A stretch of DNA of 64,000 nt, taken from NCBI GenBank assembly GCA_038204425.1, contig JBBRCZ010000001.1:64001-128000 (forward strand). Reading direction: 5' to 3'. Shown here one piece after another: positions 9,512-19,126 of this stretch (positions within the stretch are counted from its first letter, which is position 1; each line of letters starts with the position of its first letter). The notes under the pieces were generated by a model. It saw only the letters and a list, made by a program, of their open reading frames with translations. It was not told the origin of the DNA and did not search any database. Both the position numbers and the translations under genes were made by a program. The DNA is from Spirochaetia bacterium. Its GTDB lineage: Bacteria; Spirochaetota; Spirochaetia; DSM-27196; Salinispiraceae.

Positions 9512-11614
9512 ATGTGGAATACCGTGCTCTTGTTTATCCTCATAGCCGCGTCTCTTGCAGGCGCGTACGCACTATTGAGAACCCTTTGGATTTATCGGCA
9601 ACCTGTCGAAAATCTTCGCTTAATAAAAATAGCTGGTTACGTCTCTGACGGAGCAATGGCTTTCATGATGAAGGAGTATCAAGTACTTCTTCCATTCGTC
9701 CTAATTACGGCACTCTTCCTTTGGGTTGGCAACGTTGGCTTAATAAAACTGCAAGCCTTGAGTTTTCTACTTGGTGCCGTTTGCTCTGCATTGGCTGGGT
9801 TTATTGGTATGCGTGTGGCCACCAAGGCAAATTCCAGAACCACTCATGCCGCACAGTTTGGCATTGGCCCGGCGTTAAAGATCAGCTTTGCCGGCGGAAC
9901 AGTTATGGGAATGACGGTGGTAAGTCTCGGCCTTTTGGGCATTATGGTCCTATTGTGGGTTTTGGTGCTTAATTTTGGATCCAGTGCTACGGTCCTATCC
10001 GAAACAATAATGCCGGTTATTTCAGGGTTTTCACTCGGTGCAAGTTCAATCGCGCTTTTTGCTCGAGTTGGCGGTGGCATTTTTACCAAGGCAGCGGACG
10101 TTGGCGCTGACTTAGTGGGTAAGGTAGAAGCCGGAATCCCTGAGGATGACCATCGCAACCCCGCTGTAATTGCTGACAATGTTGGCGACAATGTTGGTGA
10201 CGTAGCCGGTATGGGGGCCGATTTATTTGAGAGTTTTGCCGGTTCATTGATCGGCGCAATGATACTTGGGGCCAGTATGATAAGTCTGAGCGAAGGAATG
10301 AGGTTAAGCTTGGCTGCCTTGCCCTTGCTGATGGCTGGTGTTGGTGTGATAGCAAGTATCGTTGGCATATTTTTTGTCAGAATCAAAAAAAACGGCAATC
10401 CGCAAGCTGCCCTCAACCGAGGCTCCTTTGGTGCAGCCATCCTTGCGGCCATAGGAAATTTTGTTTTGATTCAGCTTTTTCTGGGTGGAAGCACCGTACC
10501 AACGGGCTTTGCGGCACTGTCAGCATGGATTAGCCCACTTGGATCACTCAACATCTATTTTGCAACTATTGCAGGACTGGCAGGCGGTATTGCGATTGGC
10601 TTACTTACCGAAGCCTATACCGGAACCGGTAAGAAGGCAGTAGAAAACATTGTCAAGGCTTGTGAAACAGGACCTGCTACCACGCTAATAACCGGAATGG
10701 GTATGGGTATGATGTCGACCTTTGCGCCAGTACTAGTAATTGGTGCCGCCATCTTGATTAGCTTTGCCTTTGCCGGCGTCTACGGCATAGCCATGGCTGC
10801 CTTAGGAATGCTCTTAACCCTTGGTATCCAACTGGCAGTTGATGCCTACGGACCGATAGCTGACAACGCTGGTGGCTTGGCAGAGATGAGTGAGATGCCA
10901 GCTTCAGTGAGGGAGGTCACCGATAAGCTTGACGCTGTTGGAAACACTACTGCCGCTATAGGCAAAGGATTTGCGATAGGTTCCGCTGCACTCACTGCCC
11001 TGATACTTTTTGCAGCCTTTCAACAGAGCTTGGGACTAGATGCATCTTTGTTTAACCTAATTAATCCCTTGGTTATGACTGGTTTACTTTTGGGCGCTGT
11101 AATACCTTACTTATTCTCCTCCTTGGCAATGACTGCCATCGGAAAATCCGCCTTTGATATGATAGAAGAAGTTAGACGGCAGTTTAGAGAGCGACCTGGT
11201 ATCCTTAACGAGACCGAAGAGCCTGATTACAAACGGTGTATTGCCATTTCAACAAGCTCCGCTTTGCGAAAAATGATTCTGCCAGGATTAATTGCGGCAT
11301 TGACGCCGATCATAGTTGGCTTCTTGGGTGGTGTTGAAATGCTGATGGGCGTATTGGCCGGTGTCACCGTTTCTGGAGTTGTCTTGGCAATCTTTATGTC
11401 CAACTCAGGCGGTGCTTGGGACAATGCCAAAAAAACTATTGAGGCACGTAAAGGTGGCAAGGGGAGCGAAGCTCACAAGGCCGCAGTTGTTGGTGACACG
11501 GTAGGCGATCCATTTAAAGACACCGCCGGTCCTTCTATCAACATTCTAATCAAACTAATGGCGGTTGTTAGTTTGGTTATCGCCCCAATTCTCAAAGCCT
11601 TTTGGCATCTGTAA
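9512..11614 (+). CDS. hppA: Membrane-bound K+-dependent pyrophosphatase, probably Na+-translocating
   Basis: [42 protein letters not shown] (Ala marks K+ dependence), DLFES glutamate position, [18 protein letters not shown]. Confidence 0.96.
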   Translation: MWNTVLLFILIAASLAGAYALLRTLWIYRQPVENLRLIKIAGYVSDGAMAFMMKEYQVLLPFVLITALFLWVGNVGLIKLQALSFLLGAVCSALAGFIGMRVATKANSRTTHAAQFGIGPALKISFAGGTVMGMTVVSLGLLGIMVLLWVLVLNFGSSATVLSETIMPVISGFSLGASSIALFARVGGGIFTKAADVGADLVGKVEAGIPEDDHRNPAVIADNVGDNVGDVAGMGADLFESFAGSLIGAMILGASMISLSEGMRLSLAALPLLMAGVGVIASIVGIFFVRIKKNGNPQAALNRGSFGAAILAAIGNFVLIQLFLGGSTVPTGFAALSAWISPLGSLNIYFATIAGLAGGIAIGLLTEAYTGTGKKAVENIVKACETGPATTLITGMGMGMMSTFAPVLVIGAAILISFAFAGVYGIAMAALGMLLTLGIQLAVDAYGPIADNAGGLAEMSEMPASVREVTDKLDAVGNTTAAIGKGFAIGSAALTALILFAAFQQSLGLDASLFNLINPLVMTGLLLGAVIPYLFSSLAMTAIGKSAFDMIEEVRRQFRERPGILNETEEPDYKRCIAISTSSALRKMILPGLIAALTPIIVGFLGGVEMLMGVLAGVTVSGVVLAIFMSNSGGAWDNAKKTIEARKGGKGSEAHKAAVVGDTVGDPFKDTAGPSINILIKLMAVVSLVIAPILKAFWHL

Positions 11615-11625
11615 AGGAACACGTT

Positions 11626-12411
11626 ATGAAGCACGAAAATCACCTGTATTTGATACTGTTTCCGATTGAAGCCTTGGTAGGTAGTCATCTAGAACCAGAT
11701 GCTTTTGCGCGTCACTTCAATTCTGGTTCAAGTAAGTATTATGCCGGTAAGCTAATTTTTATTGAGGTAGACCCAAGTTTTAGACATCCCTACTTTAAAC
11801 TTGAAGAGCGACTTCCGCTCTTGGTGCCACATGAGGACGGCAGACCCAAAGCTACCAAATACTTCAGTACTTACCGAGTGCTGGAGCACGTCGATTATGA
11901 TGCCTTGGGCACCTTGTATGTTGCCACACCAGAAGGCTATGTGCTGCCAATTTCTCCTTCGGTGCATGAAAAGAAACACCAGCCTGGTCTAATAAGGATC
12001 TTTTGGGAAGTTGCGCCAGTCAGTATGGTGGTGCTCTCTGACTATAACTTTGTTGAGTACGCAGATTTTATAACCAATCCAGAAAACCCGATATCAGCAC
12101 CAAAAATGTTCTATACCCAAATTGACTTAGAAATAGGGGAGTTTTTGAAAGAGTTTGAAGAGAACCCATTACGTCAATCGCCAATACCTGACGTGCATCC
12201 GTCGGTTCTTCGTGATGGCATTTTTGAACTGCAGAATAACAGCAATAAGCACACTAAGGGACTATCATTGTCCAGCCCACTCAGCAAACTGAGCTTTAAG
12301 AGCTTGAGGCACGGTTTTATGTTTGCTTCACAAACTGGCTGCAAATACTATGGGTTTCCCGCTTTGACCGACATAGAAGCCAAACACTATCGATTCTGGC
12401 GCTACATGTAG
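11626..12411 (+). CDS. Conserved hypothetical protein immediately downstream of hppA
   Basis: Long ORF; AAGGA RBS before ATG 11626; no recognised domain. Confidence 0.8.
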   Translation: MKHENHLYLILFPIEALVGSHLEPDAFARHFNSGSSKYYAGKLIFIEVDPSFRHPYFKLEERLPLLVPHEDGRPKATKYFSTYRVLEHVDYDALGTLYVATPEGYVLPISPSVHEKKHQPGLIRIFWEVAPVSMVVLSDYNFVEYADFITNPENPISAPKMFYTQIDLEIGEFLKEFEENPLRQSPIPDVHPSVLRDGIFELQNNSNKHTKGLSLSSPLSKLSFKSLRHGFMFASQTGCKYYGFPALTDIEAKHYRFWRYM

Positions 12412-12508
12412 GATAGGGGCATTATAGGGGCTTGCAGCTACCATGGTTTGCGAGCACCCGCCATGGTAATACGTAATAGACCCGACCAAACAGTCTTATC
12501 GTTTGAGC

Positions 12509-12537
12509 AAAAAAAAACCCTACATCCGTAGGGTTTT
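12509..12537 (-). terminator. Rho-independent terminator after tRNA-Asn, possibly bidirectional
   Basis: AAAACCCTAC-atcc-GTAGGGTTTT hairpin, with an A run on the left giving a U tail on the minus strand. Confidence 0.8.
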
Positions 12538-12563
12538 CTCTTAATAAAGTTGGAAGCTGATTG

Positions 12564-12636
12564 CTCCCCCGCGTGGACTCGAACCACGGACCAGGTGATT
12601 AACAGTCACCTGCTCTACCGACTGAGCTACAGGGGA
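12564..12636 (-). tRNA. tRNA-Asn(GTT)
   Basis: Reverse complement TCCCCTGTAGCTCAGTCGGTAGAGCAGGTGACTGTTAATCACCTGGTCCGTGGTTCGAGTCCACGCGGGGGAG; anticodon GTT; CCA not encoded. Confidence 0.97.
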
Positions 12637-12656
12637 ATGAAGATCGAACGGTAGGT

Positions 12657-12685
12657 AGATTACCCAGAATATGGGGCTTTGTCAA
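12657..12685 (-). promoter_or_regulatory. Sigma70-type promoter of tRNA-Asn
   Basis: TTGACA-N17-TAATCT on the minus strand, about 20 nt upstream of the tRNA. Confidence 0.75.
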
Positions 12686-12765
12686 TTCGTTTTCTTTAGC
12701 TGGGCAAAAAAACATTACGCTTTTAGTTAATACCAAAGTTTTACGTACGCTTCATCTATCGTTGT

Positions 12766-13066
12766 CTAAACGTTAAATGGTTTTACCGTAAAAGCCAAAC
12801 TTCCTCGGCGCACACATAGAGCTTTAATCATGGCATTATGCCCATAGGGGTCGGAAACGGTTTCTATGTTCTCAACTAGTAGCACATCTTTTTTCTCAAA
12901 CTCAAAAAAACCTTGTGATGGATCAAAAGGATGAGGAAAAAATACCAAACGTTCTTCGTGTCCCTTGAGTAGTTGCGTACTTCCGAAGTACCAAGCTCCT
13001 AGAGATTTGTCTAAAAAGGATGGCAGGCTTGCTGTTTCCAGTTCTAAATTTGAAAGTGTTTCCATA
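12766..13066 (-). CDS. Small conserved hypothetical protein
   Basis: ORF with FFEF...VENIETV...VRRGS...KPF pattern; start probably METLSN (uncertain). Confidence 0.6.
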
Positions 13067-13128
13067 GCTTTAATTATAGGGCGCTTATCTGAATTTGGCA
13101 AAAATATTTTATGGGTATTTTTTTAGGC

Positions 13129-13788
13129 TTAAACAAGCAAAAACTTGAGGCGAAACTCTTCATCTAGCTCGATGCACTTAAGTGAGGTCTTTGACACACC
13201 AGTTGAACTAGAAAGCAGTGCCTGGCTATAAAACTGACCAGGAAACTGTTCAAAGTTTGTTGACAGTCCCAATGGCTTGGCAATAACGAGGTGATCATTG
13301 CTTGCTTCTATTTGACAAAGTATAATTTCGCCTACTTTTGTGTCCAGGAATGACAAGTGGCCACTAGTTAGCGGCAGCACTTCCGACGCGCTATGTTTTT
13401 TTGGCAAGTCGCCATGTTCTGTTTGACTGAGCAAAAGAGCCACTAGGCGTTCAGATTCAAAGCCTTCTTCTATAACTTCAAGATTATCAAAGGCGTCAAG
13501 TTTTTCTGATTCTTCTTGGCTCATCGGTGTTGAGCAAACAATGACTATTTTGGTGTTGCTCAGGCGAGCATTGCCATTGCGCCAAGTCGCTGCAATTTTC
13601 CAATGCCTCGGAAAATCTTCATGGTCCCAAATAACGATATCGGGCATAACTTCGTCCATGTTGTCCAAGGCCTTGAGCGGATGCTGATAGCTGACTATTA
13701 GTGCATCTTGATTGCTCAAGGCTTGGTTAAAGAGGGCTTCAAGTTCCGGTTTGTCCGAAACTATCATTATGCGTGCGCAGTGTTTCAC
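13129..13788 (-). CDS. Receiver-like domain protein (spirochaete receiver/PilZ-like family, degenerate)
   Basis: PLKALDNMDEVMPDIVIWDHEDFPRHWK receiver-like N-terminus; C-terminal beta-rich region lacks an RxxxR motif; GTGA-coupled to the upstream gene. Confidence 0.6.
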   Translation of the reverse strand: MKHCARIMIVSDKPELEALFNQALSNQDALIVSYQHPLKALDNMDEVMPDIVIWDHEDFPRHWKIAATWRNGNARLSNTKIVIVCSTPMSQEESEKLDAFDNLEVIEEGFESERLVALLLSQTEHGDLPKKHSASEVLPLTSGHLSFLDTKVGEIILCQIEASNDHLVIAKPLGLSTNFEQFPGQFYSQALLSSSTGVSKTSLKCIELDEEFRLKFLLV

Positions 13789-14756
13789 TCAGTTCCCTTG
13801 TTGTTGACGACGTAGTCGCGGATCTTCCAAATTCCACTCTGCAATGTCAAATTGTAGCGGTATTCTTTTACTTCAATTACTGATGAACCGGGGCTTTGAT
13901 AGCGTTGTAGAACAATCACACGGCCGTTGTTTCCCCTATAATTTGTCTCAACAATATTCCAACTTTTTGGAATAAAGGAAATAGTGTCGTTGGGGGTGCC
14001 TGCCCAAAGTTCTTCTTTGTATTTTAGAAGTTCAGTTTCTTGGTCAAGTTCAGACATGCGCTTAAATCGTTCTCCACGCCTTCCATCGTTGTTATACAAA
14101 GACTTGAGATCAAGATACAAAAAGAATCGTTCTTTTTGTTCGGTTCTTTGGCGAGCTTGGAGCATGTAGTCGACAACTTGGTCAGGTGGAAGTTTTTCAG
14201 CCCTCAAAATTTCTTCGACTTTTACTAGCAGCGTTTCTTCTGCTTGCGCTGCTTTTCTTACCGCAGGTCTAATTGATACCGTCAAGCGATTTGACAAAAG
14301 TGGAAAGCTCTGCATACTTCCCTTTAGCTCGGGATAGAAGTTGGCGGCAACCACAAAGACGCCAGAATTAAGGTCTTTGTAGTCGGTTAGGGTCTCAATA
14401 AAACTAAAATCCTCACCTGGTTGCAATAAAACATCGCGAACATAAATTGGCTTGTTTTGCGAAATTACGGAAACAAAGGTCTGACTTGGCCTAGTGTCTT
14501 GGTTGCCCAAAGTTTTGACGGCAAAGTCCAAGCTAAACATCCTTGTGTCGGCAAGTCGGAAGCGGTATATTTCCGGGGAATCGTTTGAGAGTGTTACTTT
14601 GATTTTAATCGGGTCACCTTCGTAATACAATTGTTGATCAAAAAGCTGTATACTGATCGAAGTTTTGTTGCTTGCAGGAATTTCTGCTGAAAGAGTTGTC
14701 ACTATGGACGCCATAACAATCAATAACAAGCCACTACGTGGAATTTTCTGTTTCAC
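13785..14756 (-). CDS. Exported hypothetical protein (Ig-like N-terminal domain, NTF2-like C-terminus)
   Basis: Signal peptide after GTG 14756 (GGAGG RBS); ends ...GIWKIRDYVVNN. Confidence 0.75.
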   Translation of the reverse strand: MKQKIPRSGLLLIVMASIVTTLSAEIPASNKTSISIQLFDQQLYYEGDPIKIKVTLSNDSPEIYRFRLADTRMFSLDFAVKTLGNQDTRPSQTFVSVISQNKPIYVRDVLLQPGEDFSFIETLTDYKDLNSGVFVVAANFYPELKGSMQSFPLLSNRLTVSIRPAVRKAAQAEETLLVKVEEILRAEKLPPDQVVDYMLQARQRTEQKERFFLYLDLKSLYNNDGRRGERFKRMSELDQETELLKYKEELWAGTPNDTISFIPKSWNIVETNYRGNNGRVIVLQRYQSPGSSVIEVKEYRYNLTLQSGIWKIRDYVVNNKGTE

Positions 14757-14801
14757 CCTTTTTCCTCCCGTCGAATATCCTTTATATTGTCGGAACATTT
14801 T

Positions 14802-17800
14802 ATGAATACCTTATTTGATAGTGTGATTAGTCAAAAGTTCAAGAGTTACTTTCCGTTTAAAGAGTTCGCAGACAGTTTGCAAAACAAAGTGTTCCCGTTG
14901 GCGGTTCACGGTTTACATGGATCTATGTTGGCGCTGATCTGGAATCGCTATTGGCAAAGAGATCAAAAAGGTGCCTTGCTGGTTTTTCCAAGCGAAAAAG
15001 AGGCCGAACAATTTTGCATGGATTGTCAAAGTTTTGATCTACCTTTTTTGCATTTTCCTTGGTGGGGAACAGCGCCTTATCACGACGTCGCCCGTACCTC
15101 GCCAATCTTTGGTAGACGAGTAGAGGTGCTTTCGGCCTTGAGAGGTTCCTACCGGGGTTTAGTGGTTACTAGCGTCAGGGCGCTTTTGAGCAAGTTGCCA
15201 AGCGTCGCAGACCTTGATCAAGCATGCTTTGTTTTGGCAAAAGGAAACGAAGTTAACACCAAAACTTTGGCAGAAAAATTGACTAACATACACTATTTGA
15301 GGGTCAATAGGGTAAGCGTGCCTGGTGAGTTTGCTTTGAGGGGTGAAGTACTTGACCTGTGGATGCCAGGTGATGATTTAGCAATTAGACTTGGTTTGGC
15401 CTTTGACAAGATTGAAGAAATAAGACGATTTGATCCTGTCACTCAGTCCTCGCATGGCAAAGTTGAACAAGTGCGAGTGCATCCTTTTAGAGAGCAGCTC
15501 TGGCAAACTGCCATGTATAGCAAGTTGCGAGACAGACTCGACCGTCTAGCAGAAACCAAACAGCGAGATAGCCGACTCAAAGACGAACTGATGCAAAGCC
15601 TGATCGATGGCAACGCCCGCGGCGAGGAAACATGGTACCCGATTGCCGTCGACAATGCTGCAAGCTTGATCGACTATCTTGATCCAGCTTTGCCAGTGTG
15701 TTTGATAGACTATGAGCGTCTTTATGCGGCAGCAGAAGCACTTGAGCGAGAATACTTAGCAAGTTGGCGCAAGCTCAGGATAGAACAACCTCTCTTGCCT
15801 CGGCCAGAGAGACTTCTGTGGGCACTTGGTGACTTGCAATTGCAAATAAAACGCTTAGTCGTTTTTCCAGTTCTCAACACTGGCACTAGCCGTTTGGACA
15901 ATCCACTCGAGCAGAGCGATGAAGGCTCTGACTTATCTAACGACATGCAAGCGTATTCTTCGCACGAAAAGGCCCGCGAAGATCAAGTTTCAGGCTCCAG
16001 CGAGTCTCCTGAAGATGGCGACGAATGGTTTGGAACCACAGGCGAAGGGCGACAAAAACCACCTCACTTTGAAGCCAAAAAAAAGATCCAGCTCTCCGGT
16101 GAAGGCTCGCGAAGCTGGTTTGGCAACATCAATTTTCTTAAAGACGAATTGTCAGCCAGCATAAAAGCTGGCTACAAAATATTTGTCTTTGCCGAGTCCG
16201 AAGCTCAAGCTGCCCGGATCGATCATCTACTTGGCGATCTCGACGTAAACGTCTTGCCACAACGGATTTCTTCTGGTTTTGCGATCGCTTCGATCGGGCT
16301 TTTGGTTATAGAAGAGAACGAGATTTTTGGCAGACGCAAGCGCATTTCTAGCACGTTGCAGAAAGTTCAAAGTCAGGTTTTGGACACCTTTGTTGATTTG
16401 GAACCGCGTGACTATGTTGTGCACGTAAACCATGGCATAGGAAGGTTTTGCGGCATCAGAAGAATTATGGCTGGTGACACGGAACGAGACTACATAGAGC
16501 TGGAATATGCCGACCAAGAGTTTATTTTTGTACCGATAGAACAAGTCAACTTGGTTCAACGCTACATAGGAAGTCAAGGTGGCGAACCGCGACTCGACAC
16601 GATTGGTGGCAAGTCATGGGAGAAACGCACATCTGCAGTTAGAAAAAGTGTAGAAGATATTGCTGGCCGCCTCATTGAGCTCTATAGCCGACGAAAGAAA
16701 GCGCGTGGCTTTGCTTTTCCGCCCGACAATGAATGGCAGATTGAGTTTGAGTCGAGCTTTCCGTTTGAGGAGACGGAGGACCAGATCAAATGCATCCGTG
16801 AAGTAAAAGAAGACATGGAAAAACCCTTACCCATGGACAGATTGGTCTGTGGCGACGTTGGTTATGGTAAGACCGAAATTGCTTTGAGGGCCGCATTTAA
16901 AGCGGTTAGTGCCGGCAAACAAGTCGCATTTCTGGCGCCAACCACCATTTTGGTTGAGCAGCATTTTGAGGGATTGCTAGAACGAATTAAAGACTTCCCC
17001 GTCAAGATAGGTATGTTGTCTCGATTTGTGCCGCAAAAAGAGCAAAAGAAGGTTCTGGCGCAACTAGCGGATGGCCAAGTTGACATGGTTATTGGCACCC
17101 ACCGTTTGCTGCAGAAAGACGTCGCCTTTAAAGATTTGGGGCTAATTATAGTCGATGAGGAACAGCGTTTTGGGGTCAAAGACAAAGAACGCCTCAAAGA
17201 AATGAAGCATTCGGTGGATAGTTTGACGCTGACGGCCACGCCAATACCAAGAACATTGCATATGAGTCTTTTGAAGATCCGCGACATGTCGGTTTTGCAG
17301 ACACCGCCTTACAATCGCCGTCCAATAGAAACCTGTGTGCGCGGTTTTGATGAACAAACCGTTGCCATGGCTATAAGGCGAGAGATTGAACGAGGTGGAC
17401 AAGTTTTTTACCTCCACAATCGTGTTGAGAGTCTAGAAAACGTGATGCAGTTTATCCAGACAGTTGTTCCCGAAGTAATGGTGGAATGCGCCCACGGGCA
17501 AATGGGTCCAACCGAACTAGAAGACATTATGCACCGCTTTATTCACGGGAGTTTTCAGGTACTAGTAGCGACCACCATTATTGAGAATGGCATCAATATT
17601 CCCAACGTCAATACTATCATTATAGATAGAGCAGATATGTACGGCATAAGCCAACTGTACCAGTTGCGCGGACGGGTTGGGCGTTCTGGTAGGCTAGCCT
17701 ATGCCTATCTTTTGTACCCTGGTGAGCGAGCCCTTTCAGAGCTTGCGATGAAGAGGCTGCAAATTATTTCTGACTACACTGAGCTTGGATCGGGCTTTAA

Positions 17801-18401
17801 GATTGCCCTCAAGGACTTGGAAGTTCGCGGGGCCGGTAACTTGCTTGGCTCTGAACAATCAGGAGAAATTGTGAGCGTCGGTTTTGACCTCTATCTTAAG
17901 CTACTGGACGAGGCAATTCGTCGCTTAGCAAAAGAAGGAAAGGCTGACGAAGAGCAAGAAATTTACCTTGATCTTGAGTACTCGGGCTTTATTCCTGACA
18001 CCTACGTCAGTCAAGCCAGCGATAAAATGGAAGTCTACAAAAAAGTGGCCAGTATAGTTACAACTGCGCAGTTGGAGTCGGTGCATGCCGAACTGACTGA
18101 CCGCTTTGGTCCATTGCCCGACGAAGTTTTGAGCTTACTGGGACTTGCGGAGATCCGCATTCTTTGTAGAAGTCTGCATGTGGTAAGTCTCAAAGAACGC
18201 AAGGGGCAGTTGGAGGTTGAGTTTGGCAAAGTTAGCCAGCTCAATGTAGGAAAAGTTATGGAACTCATTCGTAGTTCGGCCGGAGCAGTTAAGCCTGACC
18301 CGTTGCGCCCTCAGGTCTTGCTCATGAAAACCGAGCACATTGGACTCAAAGAAAAAAGTGAGTTTATTCGTGATAGACTCAATCGATTGGTGTTAGCATG
18401 A
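14802..18401 (+). CDS. mfd: Transcription-repair coupling factor Mfd
   Basis: UvrB-like N-terminus, VVHVNHGIG (RID), GDVGYGKTE, DEEQRFGV, TATPIPRT, QLRGRVGRS, DLEVRGAGNLLG, TRCF C-terminus. Confidence 0.98.
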   Translation: MNTLFDSVISQKFKSYFPFKEFADSLQNKVFPLAVHGLHGSMLALIWNRYWQRDQKGALLVFPSEKEAEQFCMDCQSFDLPFLHFPWWGTAPYHDVARTSPIFGRRVEVLSALRGSYRGLVVTSVRALLSKLPSVADLDQACFVLAKGNEVNTKTLAEKLTNIHYLRVNRVSVPGEFALRGEVLDLWMPGDDLAIRLGLAFDKIEEIRRFDPVTQSSHGKVEQVRVHPFREQLWQTAMYSKLRDRLDRLAETKQRDSRLKDELMQSLIDGNARGEETWYPIAVDNAASLIDYLDPALPVCLIDYERLYAAAEALEREYLASWRKLRIEQPLLPRPERLLWALGDLQLQIKRLVVFPVLNTGTSRLDNPLEQSDEGSDLSNDMQAYSSHEKAREDQVSGSSESPEDGDEWFGTTGEGRQKPPHFEAKKKIQLSGEGSRSWFGNINFLKDELSASIKAGYKIFVFAESEAQAARIDHLLGDLDVNVLPQRISSGFAIASIGLLVIEENEIFGRRKRISSTLQKVQSQVLDTFVDLEPRDYVVHVNHGIGRFCGIRRIMAGDTERDYIELEYADQEFIFVPIEQVNLVQRYIGSQGGEPRLDTIGGKSWEKRTSAVRKSVEDIAGRLIELYSRRKKARGFAFPPDNEWQIEFESSFPFEETEDQIKCIREVKEDMEKPLPMDRLVCGDVGYGKTEIALRAAFKAVSAGKQVAFLAPTTILVEQHFEGLLERIKDFPVKIGMLSRFVPQKEQKKVLAQLADGQVDMVIGTHRLLQKDVAFKDLGLIIVDEEQRFGVKDKERLKEMKHSVDSLTLTATPIPRTLHMSLLKIRDMSVLQTPPYNRRPIETCVRGFDEQTVAMAIRREIERGGQVFYLHNRVESLENVMQFIQTVVPEVMVECAHGQMGPTELEDIMHRFIHGSFQVLVATTIIENGINIPNVNTIIIDRADMYGISQLYQLRGRVGRSGRLAYAYLLYPGERALSELAMKRLQIISDYTELGSGFKIALKDLEVRGAGNLLGSEQSGEIVSVGFDLYLKLLDEAIRRLAKEGKADEEQEIYLDLEYSGFIPDTYVSQASDKMEVYKKVASIVTTAQLESVHAELTDRFGPLPDEVLSLLGLAEIRILCRSLHVVSLKERKGQLEVEFGKVSQLNVGKVMELIRSSAGAVKPDPLRPQVLLMKTEHIGLKEKSEFIRDRLNRLVLA

Positions 18402-19093
18402 AAGAAACCTTAAACGATCGTCATATTAAAAGTTTTGCCCGCCGCACTGGCCACTTTAGCGAACTGCAACAACGCGGTTTTGATCTTTACGCAAAGCCGC
18501 TCTTGCTGCCCTACAGTAAGGAAAAACTGGATTGGGCCAAGATTTTTGGCAATACCAATCCCGTCGCCTTGGAGATTGGTTTTGGCATGGGCCAAACCAG
18601 TTATGACATGGCACTTGCCAATCCAGACTACAACTTTGTTGGCGTTGAAGTTCATACACCCGGGGTGGGAGCCTTGCTTGAGCGCCTTGGTAGCAAGGGC
18701 ATAAACAACTTTCGCATCATCAACCACGATGCAGTTGACGTTCTGCAAAACATGATAGTTGAAGAAAGCTTCGCTAGGCTGCACGTTTTTTTTCCTGATC
18801 CGTGGCCCAAGCTCAAGCACCGCAAACGGCGCCTCATTCAGGCTGAGTTCTTGGATACTGTGGCGCGTTATTGCAAGCCTGGCTGCTTTCTTCATCTGGC
18901 AACCGATTGGCAGCACTATGCCGAGTCAATGCTTAAGGAAATAGCAAGGTCAGAGAACTGGCAACTTTGTGAACAAAACGCAGCAGAAAGACCCATGATA
19001 CGCACATCGAGCGCTTTTGAGCGCAAGGGGCTGGCAAAGAATCACAAAATCTGGGACATTTATGTCTGTAAAAGTCGACTTGATGATATATAA
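18398..19093 (+). CDS. trmB: tRNA (guanine-N7)-methyltransferase
   Basis: LEIGFGMG, GVEVHTPGVG, FFPDPWPK..HRKRR, ATDW, FERKG. Confidence 0.96.
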   Translation: MKETLNDRHIKSFARRTGHFSELQQRGFDLYAKPLLLPYSKEKLDWAKIFGNTNPVALEIGFGMGQTSYDMALANPDYNFVGVEVHTPGVGALLERLGSKGINNFRIINHDAVDVLQNMIVEESFARLHVFFPDPWPKLKHRKRRLIQAEFLDTVARYCKPGCFLHLATDWQHYAESMLKEIARSENWQLCEQNAAERPMIRTSSAFERKGLAKNHKIWDIYVCKSRLDDI

Positions 19094-19126
19094 TTAATTC
19101 TATCAACAATGGTGGGGAGGACAGAA

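Noticed and set aside
9844..10452. Long antisense ORFs (also 38107-38727, 53104-53727, 18410-18916 and many 60-140 aa ORFs)
   Set aside because: They lie within well-supported genes on the other strand or frame and have no motifs; treated as shadow ORFs.
14756..14802. Apparent head-to-head overlap of mfd and the divergent gene in the ORF track
   Set aside because: Resolved by choosing GTG 14756 and ATG 14802 as starts.
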